A stretch of 64,000 nucleotides of DNA from Acidobacteriota bacterium (lineage in GTDB: Bacteria > Acidobacteriota > UBA6911): NCBI GenBank assembly GCA_963664705.1, contig OY761556.1, forward strand, positions 320,001 to 384,000, in the 5' to 3' direction. This document shows, piece by piece, positions 10,202 through 19,974 of this stretch; position 1 is the stretch's first letter; each line of letters opens with the position of its first letter. Made by a program: the position numbers and the translations under genes. The notes beneath the pieces were generated by a model that saw nothing but the letters and a program-made list of their open reading frames with translations, was not told the origin of the DNA and did not search any database.

Positions 10202-10371
10202 AAATATTCCTGTATCTATAAATATACTAAAGAGTAGCGGTATTTCACTGATAATCCGAAAGTCGGGGGAAACTTTGGCTCTTTCCAGGGGTGGAGGGAA
10301 CTCCGCATGAATATTTAGTTGCGATCACCTTGCGGGGAAGGTAGATTTATTTTTTAATGAGGAGCAGTTTC

Positions 10372-10626
10372 ATGGCTGACACGCAAAAGCCCAAGGGTCC
10401 CAAGGGAGCGGTGCATATTAATGCAGAGCTTTGCAAGGGCTGTGGTTTCTGTATCGAGTTTTGCCCCAGAGGTGTCCTTGAGTTTTCCGATCAGTTTAAC
10501 ACCAAGGGATACCATCCTCCCCGCGCAGCAAAACCGGAAGCCTGCACCGGATGCGACATGTGCGGTATTTATTGCCCGGACTTCGCCATTTTCGGAACAC
10601 CGCTTAAACCCAAAGCAGTGGCATAA
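10372..10626 (+). CDS. korD: 2x[4Fe-4S] ferredoxin, delta subunit of 2-oxoacid:ferredoxin oxidoreductase
   Basis: CKGCGFCIEFCP and CTGCDMCGIYCP; GAGGAG RBS before ATG 10372; first gene of the operon. Confidence 0.85.
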   Translation: MADTQKPKGPKGAVHINAELCKGCGFCIEFCPRGVLEFSDQFNTKGYHPPRAAKPEACTGCDMCGIYCPDFAIFGTPLKPKAVA

Positions 10627-10637
10627 CAGGAGGTTTC

Positions 10638-11831
10638 ATGAAGGCAGATCCCAAGGGGGTTTTGGTCGGAGCGCACTTTCTGGATGGCGACCATGCCTGT
10701 TGTGAAGGAGCGCTGGCGGCCGGGTGCAGATTTGTAGCGGGATATCCGATCACTCCGTCCACAGAAGTCGTGGAACGCATTGCCAGCCGTTTCCCGATGG
10801 TCGGCGGGATGTTCATTCAAATGGAAGATGAGATCGCATCCTCCATCGCAATCCAGGGTGCAGTCTGGGGCGGCGCGAAAGCGATGACCGTCACCTCCGG
10901 TCCGGGGTTTTCGCTCATGATGGAGCATATTGGCCTGGCGGCCATGGTAGAGACACCCTGTGTGTTTGTTGATGTGCAGAGAAGCGGACCCTCTACGGGA
11001 TTGCCAACCCTGCCGGCCCAGGCGGATATGATGCAGGCGCGCTGGGGAAGCCACGGCGACTATGAAATCATTGCCCTATCGCCCAATTCACCCCAGGAGT
11101 GCTTTGACCTAACAATCCGTGCCTTCAACCTCGCAGAAGAATATCGGGTGCCCGTCTTCATGATGATGGATGAATGCGTCGGGCACATGACCGAAAAGGT
11201 TGTTATCCCCAAGGCGGATGAAATCGAGGTTACTCCTCGGCATTACACCACAGCCAAGCCGGGGGAGTATCTGCCGTATTACGTCAATCAAAGCATGGTT
11301 CCTGCCATGGCCAAGGCTGGGGATGGGCATCGTTTCCATGTTACCGGGTTGACGCATGACGAGCGGGGCTATCCGGCCATGAATGCGGAAGCCCAGGAGA
11401 AATGCGTTCACCGGCTGCTCAATAAGATACGGAGCAATGCGGAAAAAATCATTATTCTGGAGGAGACGGACATCCAGGGAGCGGATGTTGTAGTCATTTC
11501 CTACGGAATCACCTCCAGGGTAGCGGTGAAGGCAATTGAAATGGCCAAGGCCGACGGCATCAAGGTGGGTCACATGCGACTGATCACGGTCTGGCCCTTT
11601 CCAGAAAAGCGCATCTATGAACTGGCCGCGCATGTCAAAGCCTTTGTCATGCCGGAATTGAATTACGGCCAGATGTATATTGAACTCAAGAGTGCGCTTG
11701 AAGGCAGGGCGAAATCGTACCTCATACCTCATGGCGGTGGAACCGTGCATGAACCGGAGGTCATCTATCAAAAAATAAGAGAGGCTGCCGGCCAACCGCA
11801 GTCCGAGGAGGCCGCATGTCTACTCCTGTAA
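10638..11831 (+). CDS. korA: 2-oxoacid:ferredoxin oxidoreductase alpha subunit
   Basis: AGYPITPSTE, QMEDEIAS, TSGPGFSLMME, QRSGPSTGLPT. Confidence 0.92.
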   Translation: MKADPKGVLVGAHFLDGDHACCEGALAAGCRFVAGYPITPSTEVVERIASRFPMVGGMFIQMEDEIASSIAIQGAVWGGAKAMTVTSGPGFSLMMEHIGLAAMVETPCVFVDVQRSGPSTGLPTLPAQADMMQARWGSHGDYEIIALSPNSPQECFDLTIRAFNLAEEYRVPVFMMMDECVGHMTEKVVIPKADEIEVTPRHYTTAKPGEYLPYYVNQSMVPAMAKAGDGHRFHVTGLTHDERGYPAMNAEAQEKCVHRLLNKIRSNAEKIIILEETDIQGADVVVISYGITSRVAVKAIEMAKADGIKVGHMRLITVWPFPEKRIYELAAHVKAFVMPELNYGQMYIELKSALEGRAKSYLIPHGGGTVHEPEVIYQKIREAAGQPQSEEAACLLL

Positions 11832-12670
11832 ACCCGGTAAACCAATATCTCCGAACCGACAGAATGCCGCACATCTGGTGTTCCGGATGCGGATTGGGAA
11901 CCACGGTGAACTGTTTCGTCCGCGCCATTGAAGGATGCGAGATTCCGCTGGATGATATCAGTGTTGTTTCGGGCATCGGCTGTACTGGAAGGGTTGCCGG
12001 CTATCTGAAGCTCGATAGCTTCCATACGACTCACGGGCGGCCTATTGCCTTTGCGACTGGATTAAAGCTGGCGAATCCGAAATTAAAGGTGGTTGTTTAC
12101 AGCGGCGATGGCGACCTCTTTGCCATCGGCGGGAATCATTTCATACACGCTGCCCGCAGGAATATGGATTTAACGGTCATCTGCGTCAATAACTTTACCT
12201 ATGGGATGACGGGCGGACAGGTAACACCGACAACCCCGACCGACGCCGTAGCTTCGACGTCGCCATACGGTAATACGGAAGAGCCATTTAACCTGCCGCA
12301 CCTTGCCGAATCGGCGGGAGCCGTCTATGTTGCGCGGTGGACAACATTTCATGCCCGACAAATCACGAAGGCCATGAAGGAAGCCATCCAGAAAAAGGGA
12401 TTCAGCTTTGTTGAAATTATCGCTCCATGCCCGACGCTGTATGGGAGACGGAACCGGCTGGGAGACGGATTGGAGATGATGCAGTTTTATAAGGAAAACA
12501 GCGTCATCAGTAACGGTGCCGACCCCAAGGAAGTCGGATTGGGATTCAAGGGGAAGATCGTTTGCGGCAAATTCGTGGATCGCGATCGGCCATCATTTCT
12601 GGAACGGTATAATTTGAGAATGGCTGAGATCTTCGGATCCTCGTACCAACCCTATGAGGGAGTACTATGA
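11816..12670 (+). CDS. korB: 2-oxoacid:ferredoxin oxidoreductase beta subunit (TPP-binding)
   Basis: WCSGCG, SGIGC, HTTHGR, GDGD...NN TPP motif, YGMTGGQ. Confidence 0.92.
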   Translation: MSTPVNPVNQYLRTDRMPHIWCSGCGLGTTVNCFVRAIEGCEIPLDDISVVSGIGCTGRVAGYLKLDSFHTTHGRPIAFATGLKLANPKLKVVVYSGDGDLFAIGGNHFIHAARRNMDLTVICVNNFTYGMTGGQVTPTTPTDAVASTSPYGNTEEPFNLPHLAESAGAVYVARWTTFHARQITKAMKEAIQKKGFSFVEIIAPCPTLYGRRNRLGDGLEMMQFYKENSVISNGADPKEVGLGFKGKIVCGKFVDRDRPSFLERYNLRMAEIFGSSYQPYEGVL

Positions 12671-13203
12671 ACGCCGTTGAAATCAAGTTCGGAGGATTCG
12701 GAGGCCAGGGCGTGATTCTGGCCGGCATTATCATTGGACGGGCGGCGAGCATTTACGATAATAAGTACGCCACCCTTACTCAAAGCTTCGGGCCGGAAGC
12801 CCGCGGTAGTTCATGCAGCGCACAGGTGATTGTATCCGATGAAAAGATCCTGTACCCGTATGTGACCCGTCCCAATATCCTCCTGGCCATGTCGCAGGAA
12901 GCCTGCAATAAATTTTTGCCGCAGACAACGGATGATGCCACCCTCGTCATTGAAGAGGACCTCGTAAAGCCGGTTGATCTGAAGTCCGGCATGAAGGTGC
13001 ATGGTATTCCCGCAACGCGCCTTGCTGAGGAACTGGGCCGGAAGATGATTCTGAATATCGTCATGGTCGGTTTCTTCACTGCAGTCACAAAACTCGTAGA
13101 TTATGAAGCCGTGAAGCAGGCAGTGAAGGCTTCCGTTCCCCAGGGGACGGAGAACATGAACCTGAAAGCCTTCGATTGCGGCTACCAGTACGGCGTGAAA
13201 TAA
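12667..13203 (+). CDS. korC: 2-oxoacid:ferredoxin oxidoreductase gamma subunit
   Basis: GFGGQGVILAG and QSFGPEARG motifs; ATGA overlap with the beta subunit gene. Confidence 0.9.
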   Translation: MNAVEIKFGGFGGQGVILAGIIIGRAASIYDNKYATLTQSFGPEARGSSCSAQVIVSDEKILYPYVTRPNILLAMSQEACNKFLPQTTDDATLVIEEDLVKPVDLKSGMKVHGIPATRLAEELGRKMILNIVMVGFFTAVTKLVDYEAVKQAVKASVPQGTENMNLKAFDCGYQYGVK

Positions 13204-13211
13204 GAACCTGT

Positions 13212-13235
13212 AGGTAAATGTAGCTTTACCTTTTT
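13212..13235 (+). terminator. Probable intrinsic terminator of the kor operon
   Basis: AGGTAAA-tgtagc-TTTACCT followed by TTTT just after the korC stop. Confidence 0.45.
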
Positions 13236-13361
13236 CCAGCCCTGCCAGGGTTTCTTCTCGCACAGTCCTTAATACATCGTATAAAGTGTAGGGCAGCTTC
13301 CGGCAAAATTGGTGGAGTTCCAGCCTGGGTGCCGGAGCAATACGGGTGCACTGGTCTGCCA

Positions 13362-16300
13362 ATGACTACCTTCTCGCTCAACCATCGAATCTATACCGGT
13401 TCCTTTGCCGCGCTGGAGTCGCGCTGGATCGAACTTGTCTCGGAGGTTCAGAAAGAAGATCCCCTGCGTGAGATCGATGTTCTGGTCGGATCGAATGTAC
13501 TCGCGTTGTACCTCAAACGGCGCTTTGCCGAAAGCGGGCGGACTGCAGCCAATATCCGGTTTTATACATTTCCCGATCTCCTTGCGCGCCTGACGCAGTC
13601 GCACCCATCCAGCGCGGCAAAGGCGCGGATGCCCCGGCTGGGACCTTCAGTAATCCTCGAAAGCCTGCTTTCGGAGAAGACTCCGCACGTGTACGGGGAG
13701 CTGTCGGGTTACCAGGGCTTTAGGGATGCGCTTCTTGACACGTTCCGCGATCTCAGGGATGGAGGATTTGCGCCGAAGGATCTCGAAAAGAGCACTCGCA
13801 AATGGAAGGATACGGATCGCGGGCTTCATCTGCTCGGATTTGCCGATCTCTATCGCCGGTACCGGGAGCGCGCTGCACTCTTCCATGATGTGGATGATGA
13901 TTTTCGCGATGCGATTGATCTGGCCTCGGAGCCGACGGGCCATACGGAATTCCGTCCGCTCTTCATATACGGAATCTACGATGTTACCGGCCAGCAGTCC
14001 CTGCTTTTCCGATCACTGCGTGATTCTCATACCCTTACCTACTTCATTCCCTTCGTCAGCGGTGAAGTCTCAGAGTTTTCGCGCCCCTTCGTCGAAAGCC
14101 GTGCCAGGGAACTGGGAGTTGCTCCGATTGCTCTGCGCGAAACCCAGCCTCCCGGCAATCTGGGGAAGCTCGCGCATGTGGACTTCGGGTTGTCCGCGAG
14201 TTCTCACGAAATGGAGGACGACGGCTCCGTTGCTTTGATTTCCGTGCCGGGCGAGTCCAGGGCTGCCATTGAAATCCTGCGTGAGATTTTCCGCGCAGTA
14301 CAGGACCGGACAATCGGGGGCTTTCACGAAGCGGCCGTGATCTTGAGGCAACCGGAAGTCGATGTCCCTGTCATTGCCGAAATGCTGCGGGTTCGGGGCA
14401 TCCCCTATTTTGTTCATGGAGGGCGCAGTTTTGCAGAGTGTCCGCTCGGGAGAGCTGTTATTGCATTGGGAAGGCTGGAGTCTGTTGCTTTTGCGCGCGA
14501 GGCTGTCCTTACCGCGATGGAACTGGTCGAGGCAGCCCTTTCTGAAGATGACGCCTCCCGATGGGATGTTCAGGACTGGCGTGCGCTGACGAATGATCCG
14601 AGGTTCCTGTCCGGGCTTCCAGCGTGGGATTCGGGGACAGAGGCTCTGGTTTACGAGGCTCGGTCTGAACTGGCTAAAGCGGAGCGAAGCTCCGACGCCG
14701 ACGCCGATAGCGGAGAGGATGCTCGTGCGCGGTCGCTGCGGGGCGTGCAGCGCCGGCTGGAGAGCGCTTTGCGCCTTCGGGATGCATGGCAAGCCATTCG
14801 AAAGGCCGCGACCTGGCCGACTGAATTGGGTTGGGGGCAATGGGCGGCTGAACTGGATCAACGGTTTTCCCCACTGATGAATGGCTCCCGGGATTGGCAG
14901 ATATTCTCCTCAGTGCTGGATGAAATAGGCAGCCTGGATACGCTGAGCGAAAGCAATTCGAAAAACGAATCCGGCCGATCTGTCCCGGCAGACATGCTGC
15001 GTGCGGCCCTGATAGAGGCGGTGTCATCCCATTCCTGTCCCGTAGGGCAGTTTCAGCGGAGTGGCGTAAACCTGCTTTCAACCAGCGCAGCTCGCGGTCT
15101 TCGATTCCCGCTGGTGATCATACCGGGCCTGGATGAAGGACGATTCCCATCCAAATTGCGTCAGGATCCTCTGTTGTTGGACGCCGAACGTTCATCCATG
15201 GGTTCTCTGCCCGTAAAATCACGCCGTGTGGATGAGGAGAAACTGTTGTTTGATATGGCTGCGCGTTCAGCGGAAAAGCGCCTGGTGTTGATGACCTCAC
15301 GCCTGGATGAGTCTTCAGATCGCGAGCGTATCCCCTCCCAGTTTTTCCTGCGAGCGGCATCGGCGGTTCGCGGTTCCACGGTAACAATGCGTGATCTGAC
15401 GCAGGGCAGCATCTCGGGGTTTCGTTCCGTGAGCCTGGATAGCCCCGCTCCAGGTCACGGCGAAGTTCCTGTTGATGAGGGCGAAATTCGTCTCAGGATT
15501 GTAACCTCCGCGCGAGAGTTGTCTGGGGCCGCAATTGCCTCGCTGGCTCAACTCGAACCATCGCTGATCAGTCGCCCGCTTAAATATGATCAGGCGCGCT
15601 GGGCAAACAGGCTGACCCCGTTCGATGGTCTGATCACCAATCTCCAACTCGTTCAGTGGACCGCGCAAAGGCTGGGCATCTCTGCCGGACAGGTTTCCGC
15701 AAGCCGTTTGGAAGAGTATATGAAATGTCCGTATTCCTTCTTTCTCAAAAGAGTCATGGATCTCCAGGGCTGGGAAGAGCAAGGCAAAGTTGAGGCGATG
15801 GATCCGCTGGAAAGAGGCACGGCCATTCATTCCGTTCTCGAAGAATTTCTCCGGGATAACGGTGACATTGGCCCGCTGGACTCGGGCAATGCGATGTGGA
15901 ATGCCCTGGAGGGAAAGGCCCGCAAAATACTGGATGATGCAAGACCGGCCGGGCTTGCGGATCTGTTATGGGAAGTGGAGCGCGATGTCCTCCTGCGAAT
16001 GCTGAAAGGATGGCTGGGATTCGAAATGAACCGGGCTGGTTCCGGATTGCAGGTTGCCCGGCTGGAACAGATCTTTGGCGAATTCGCAGGAGCGGAAAAA
16101 TTTCCGGCGTTTAGCATCGAAGCAGGCCCGCATGCCTTCAGCTTCCGCGGAAGAATCGACCGCATTGACCTTTCTGCCGATCGCAAATATGCGCGTGTTG
16201 TCGACTATAAAACAGGCACACTGCCCGACAGCATGGCAAGGAAGAGCGCAAGGACTCCCCTGATGGCCGGGGAAAAGATTCAGCTTCTTATTTACGCCGG

Positions 16301-16637
16301 CGCTCTTTCCGTGCTGAAGGAATTTGCGGAGGTGGAAACCGTCGAAGCGGAATATCTGCACCTGCAGCCGAAAAATGGTTTGACTGTGCCATGCTCATTC
16401 ACGCACGAAGAGCTGAAAAAGGCCGCTGAATCGTTCCCGAAGGTTTTGGAGTTGGTGGGGAATGGGATTGAATCGGGAGTTTTCTTTGCGAAGACCAGTG
16501 GGAAGGTCCGCCCCCAGGGACATTGCGAATTTTGTAATTATCTTTCGGTGTGCGGCAAGGATCGCATTCGCAGGGAAGAGCGCAAATCGAAAGATCCCCG
16601 GGTCCGTTTGTTTATTGAGACAGTGGAGTCTTTGTGA
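13362..16637 (+). CDS. addB: AddB-like inactive helicase / PD-(D/E)xK nuclease with Fe-S staple
   Basis: SASRLEEYMKCPY, RGRIDRID, VDYKTG, CEFCNYLSVC; no Walker A; coupled to addA. Confidence 0.85.
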   Translation: MTTFSLNHRIYTGSFAALESRWIELVSEVQKEDPLREIDVLVGSNVLALYLKRRFAESGRTAANIRFYTFPDLLARLTQSHPSSAAKARMPRLGPSVILESLLSEKTPHVYGELSGYQGFRDALLDTFRDLRDGGFAPKDLEKSTRKWKDTDRGLHLLGFADLYRRYRERAALFHDVDDDFRDAIDLASEPTGHTEFRPLFIYGIYDVTGQQSLLFRSLRDSHTLTYFIPFVSGEVSEFSRPFVESRARELGVAPIALRETQPPGNLGKLAHVDFGLSASSHEMEDDGSVALISVPGESRAAIEILREIFRAVQDRTIGGFHEAAVILRQPEVDVPVIAEMLRVRGIPYFVHGGRSFAECPLGRAVIALGRLESVAFAREAVLTAMELVEAALSEDDASRWDVQDWRALTNDPRFLSGLPAWDSGTEALVYEARSELAKAERSSDADADSGEDARARSLRGVQRRLESALRLRDAWQAIRKAATWPTELGWGQWAAELDQRFSPLMNGSRDWQIFSSVLDEIGSLDTLSESNSKNESGRSVPADMLRAALIEAVSSHSCPVGQFQRSGVNLLSTSAARGLRFPLVIIPGLDEGRFPSKLRQDPLLLDAERSSMGSLPVKSRRVDEEKLLFDMAARSAEKRLVLMTSRLDESSDRERIPSQFFLRAASAVRGSTVTMRDLTQGSISGFRSVSLDSPAPGHGEVPVDEGEIRLRIVTSARELSGAAIASLAQLEPSLISRPLKYDQARWANRLTPFDGLITNLQLVQWTAQRLGISAGQVSASRLEEYMKCPYSFFLKRVMDLQGWEEQGKVEAMDPLERGTAIHSVLEEFLRDNGDIGPLDSGNAMWNALEGKARKILDDARPAGLADLLWEVERDVLLRMLKGWLGFEMNRAGSGLQVARLEQIFGEFAGAEKFPAFSIEAGPHAFSFRGRIDRIDLSADRKYARVVDYKTGTLPDSMARKSARTPLMAGEKIQLLIYAGALSVLKEFAEVETVEAEYLHLQPKNGLTVPCSFTHEELKKAAESFPKVLELVGNGIESGVFFAKTSGKVRPQGHCEFCNYLSVCGKDRIRREERKSKDPRVRLFIETVESL

Positions 16638-19600
16638 CACGCGATATCGAACAGCGACGCAGGGCAGTGGAGGATAGCGGACACTCCTTCATCGTGGAAG
16701 CTTCCGCGGGTACCGGAAAAACCAGTACACTGGTCAATCGTATCCTGCATCTGGTGCTTGAAAAAGGGCCGTCGGGACTTCCGATCAGTCTTTCCCGGAT
16801 CTGTGCCATTACATTCACGGAAAAGGCGGCCGGCGAAATGAAGCTGCGGCTCCGGCAGCAATTTGAGGAAATTGCCGGGAAATCAAGCTCTGAGGAGTCC
16901 AGAAGTCGGGCGCGCGAGGCTCTTCTTGAAGTTGAGATCGCTTCCATTTCTACCTTCCATTCATTTGCGGTGGCGTTGTTGAAGGAAAGGCCGATCGAAG
17001 CGGGCCTGGATCCTCACTTCACGGCGTTGGACGAGATTCGAAGCGAGCTCTTCTTTCGAGAGACATGGGAATCCTGGATCGGTCGCTGTCTTTCCGAGCG
17101 TACGCCGTTGCTGGAGCGATCATTGCGTGCGGGCATCGGCCTGGGAGCACTGCAAAATCTGGCTGCCACACTGAGGAAAAGCGGTCATGCCGTCCGTGCC
17201 CTGGACTGTGATTCTCCTCCCAGCGAGGCACAGTTGCAGGAGCGGTTCGCGGGGATGATTCAGCGCGGCCAGGCTTTCCTCAAACGGAACCTCGATGCAA
17301 AGGACCGATTGCTGGATTATCTGCAGGCATCGATGACATGGCTGCAAGACCCGGGCCCCGACTGTCCGAAGTTGTCCAAACCCGGGAATGCCGGATCCGC
17401 GAAAAACTGGGATGGAGGAAAGACCACGCTGGAGAGCGTGCAGGAATATGTACGGGAAGTTGTGGAGTTTTGCGATTCTTATCAGAAGCTGCCGGGGCAG
17501 CAGCTTTTGAGTGAACTCCTGAACTGGATCCGTCTTGAATTCATTCCGGAGTGGGAATACCGCAAGCGGACCGGTGGATTGCTCGATTTCGATGATCAAT
17601 TGTGGCTTGCGAGGGATCTGCTTCTACGCAGCAAAGCCGTGCGCAGCGAATTCCAGTCGCGATTTGCCACGCTCCTCGTTGACGAATTTCAGGATACCGA
17701 CTCCATTCAGTGGGACATCGTTCGCCTGCTTTCATCGGCCGATTTGGATGAGACCGACCCTGCCCGGATTGTGCCGGGTCCCGGGCGCCTCTTTATTGTC
17801 GGGGATCCAAAACAGTCCATCTACCGGTTCCGGAGTGCCGACATTGAGACGTACCTTGAAATTGCCGAACCGGCAGCCATGCTGGCATTGGGATTGGAAC
17901 GGCTTGAACTGACAACCAATTTCCGATCGGTTCCATCCATTCTTCGGTTTGTGGACAATGTCTTCTCCAATGTCATGCAGGCTCCCGCAGACGGTCGTTA
18001 TCAGCCGGACTATCTCCCATTTGGAGGGGAAGGGCATAGAAAAGAGGAATTGAATGCGCCCTCCGTTCATTTTCTTGGGGAGCAGGCGCGCGAGGGGGGG
18101 TATGGTAACGTTCGTGAATTCGCAGAGCATGAATCTTCGCGGATGGCTGCACTGATAGGACAAATTCCGGGATCGCCATCCTGGAAGGTTCAGGAAGGGA
18201 AGTCGGGCGGCTGGCGTACTCCCAGGTTCGGAGATATTGCCATACTGCTGCCTGTGCTTAGCCGTGCGGATGCGCTGGAAGACGCATTGCGCGACAGGGA
18301 AATCCCTTACGTACTCGAAGGGGGCAAGTTCTATTACCTTCGCAGCGAGGTTTCCTCTGCGATCACGATTCTCCGCGCGCTGGCAAATCCCAATGATGAT
18401 GTCGCGCTTTATGGCTCCCTGCGGTCCATATTTTTCGGACTCTCCGATGAGGATCTCCTGAAAGCCCGGATGGAAGGAGTGCGATTGGATTACCGGGCAA
18501 GTGTTCCCCCGGCTTCTGCTCTGGCATACCCATTCGAAGTGCTGCTCGATCTGCACCGAAACAGACATGAACGGCGGGCTTCGGAAACCCTGGAAATTCT
18601 GCTGCAAAGAACAGGGGCTCGTGAAGTCCTTGCCACGCGCGGATTCCAGTCCATTGCTAATCTGAACAAGCTGGCTCGCACGCTTCGTGCGCTTCAGGGA
18701 GACGCAACCTTTTCACAGGTTGTCGATCTGTTGAACACGATGGATGAAGAGGGTCTGGCTGAAAGCGAAAGCCGACTCATGGAGGAACGGAGCGATGCTG
18801 TTCGGATCCTTTCAATCCATAAATCCAAAGGCCTCGATTTTCCTATAGTCTTTGTCGGAGGGCTTGGTCTCGAGAAAAGGAATTCGACCAAAAACCTTCT
18901 GGCCGATCTCCATGGAAAAAAGGTATTTGCGCTGAGCCTCGGTTCCCAGAAATCCGGGTGGCAGACGCCTGGCTGGAGGTCGTTGGTTGAAGAGGATCGA
19001 AAAAGAGAGGACGCCGAACTTATACGCCTCCTCTATGTAGCTCTGACACGAGCTCGCGACCATATGGTAATTTCAACGCATACAAAAGACTGGAAACTGG
19101 CTCCCGGTGGACAATGGATTCCTGATACCAACAGCACGAGGCTCAAACCATTGGGCCCTATCATTGAAAGCCACCTCAGCCGGAATGATGGGCTGGTGCG
19201 CTGGATCGATGTGCACAAACTGGATATCTCGAAGAAGCCGCGCCAGTCCAGTTTCCTCACGGCAGCGCAGGATTGGAAGACAATCCTCGAGAGTGAATAT
19301 CAGGGCCTTCGGTCCATTATTCAAAATACGCCTCTGACGAAAAATCTTCAGGCGGCGGGACATGGCGATGGATTGACCGAACCGACAGATCGAGCGGCTG
19401 ATGACCGCGTTCCTGTCGCCACCGGAAGCCGAGCGGTTCGGTTGGGAGAGGCATTTCACGAAGCTATGGAGAGCGTTGATCTGCTTTCATCCGCAATTTC
19501 CGTAGATAAACTCCGGGAGTTCATCGCGCGATACAGCCTGGATCAGAAAAGTGCAGCCGGTCTTGAAGAGATGGTCCGGCTCACCCTGGGCTCGGACCTG

Positions 19601-19915
19601 CTGGGACGTGCGCGGATCAGCGTGCAGTCGGGCCGGAGGATTCTCCGCGAGCTTCCATTTGTTCGTCCGATTGACCAGGGTGGTGTGGAGGAAGGGAAGA
19701 TAGACCTGCTGTTTGAGGAAAAGGATGGATGGGTCCTGGTTGATTACAAAACCGACTGGATATCGGCACAAAAGGAAGAGGCGGAAGGCTACTTCCGAGG
19801 CAAGTATGACAGCCAGATTCGCGAGTATGTAAAGGCAATGCAGGCTCTGCCTGTGAATATATCCTCTGCCTACCTGCTGCTTGCCCGGACCGGCCAGTCG
19901 GTCCGCATGGTTTAG
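16634..19915 (+). CDS. addA: AddA-like UvrD helicase-nuclease
   Basis: EASAGTGKT, ITFTEKAA, VDEFQD, VGDPKQSIYRFR, SIHKSKGL, LYVALTRA, C-terminal GKIDLL..VDYKT nuclease. Confidence 0.9.
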   Translation: MTRDIEQRRRAVEDSGHSFIVEASAGTGKTSTLVNRILHLVLEKGPSGLPISLSRICAITFTEKAAGEMKLRLRQQFEEIAGKSSSEESRSRAREALLEVEIASISTFHSFAVALLKERPIEAGLDPHFTALDEIRSELFFRETWESWIGRCLSERTPLLERSLRAGIGLGALQNLAATLRKSGHAVRALDCDSPPSEAQLQERFAGMIQRGQAFLKRNLDAKDRLLDYLQASMTWLQDPGPDCPKLSKPGNAGSAKNWDGGKTTLESVQEYVREVVEFCDSYQKLPGQQLLSELLNWIRLEFIPEWEYRKRTGGLLDFDDQLWLARDLLLRSKAVRSEFQSRFATLLVDEFQDTDSIQWDIVRLLSSADLDETDPARIVPGPGRLFIVGDPKQSIYRFRSADIETYLEIAEPAAMLALGLERLELTTNFRSVPSILRFVDNVFSNVMQAPADGRYQPDYLPFGGEGHRKEELNAPSVHFLGEQAREGGYGNVREFAEHESSRMAALIGQIPGSPSWKVQEGKSGGWRTPRFGDIAILLPVLSRADALEDALRDREIPYVLEGGKFYYLRSEVSSAITILRALANPNDDVALYGSLRSIFFGLSDEDLLKARMEGVRLDYRASVPPASALAYPFEVLLDLHRNRHERRASETLEILLQRTGAREVLATRGFQSIANLNKLARTLRALQGDATFSQVVDLLNTMDEEGLAESESRLMEERSDAVRILSIHKSKGLDFPIVFVGGLGLEKRNSTKNLLADLHGKKVFALSLGSQKSGWQTPGWRSLVEEDRKREDAELIRLLYVALTRARDHMVISTHTKDWKLAPGGQWIPDTNSTRLKPLGPIIESHLSRNDGLVRWIDVHKLDISKKPRQSSFLTAAQDWKTILESEYQGLRSIIQNTPLTKNLQAAGHGDGLTEPTDRAADDRVPVATGSRAVRLGEAFHEAMESVDLLSSAISVDKLREFIARYSLDQKSAAGLEEMVRLTLGSDLLGRARISVQSGRRILRELPFVRPIDQGGVEEGKIDLLFEEKDGWVLVDYKTDWISAQKEEAEGYFRGKYDSQIREYVKAMQALPVNISSAYLLLARTGQSVRMV

Positions 19916-19933
19916 CCGGGGACGGCCCGCCGG

Positions 19934-19968
19934 GGGAGCGCCGGCGAGACGCCAGCGCTCCCGGTGGA
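19934..19968. repeat. REP-like GC-rich palindrome between convergent genes
   Basis: GGGAGCGCCGGCG-AGA-CGCCAGCGCTCCC hairpin; 19951-19968 recurs as an exact reverse complement at 46341-46358. Confidence 0.6.
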
Positions 19969-19974
19969 CTGATT

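Noticed and set aside
13362-19915. Helicase-nuclease pair as a novel defence system
   Set aside because: Gene order, coupling, Fe-S cysteines and motifs match ordinary AddAB recombination enzymes.
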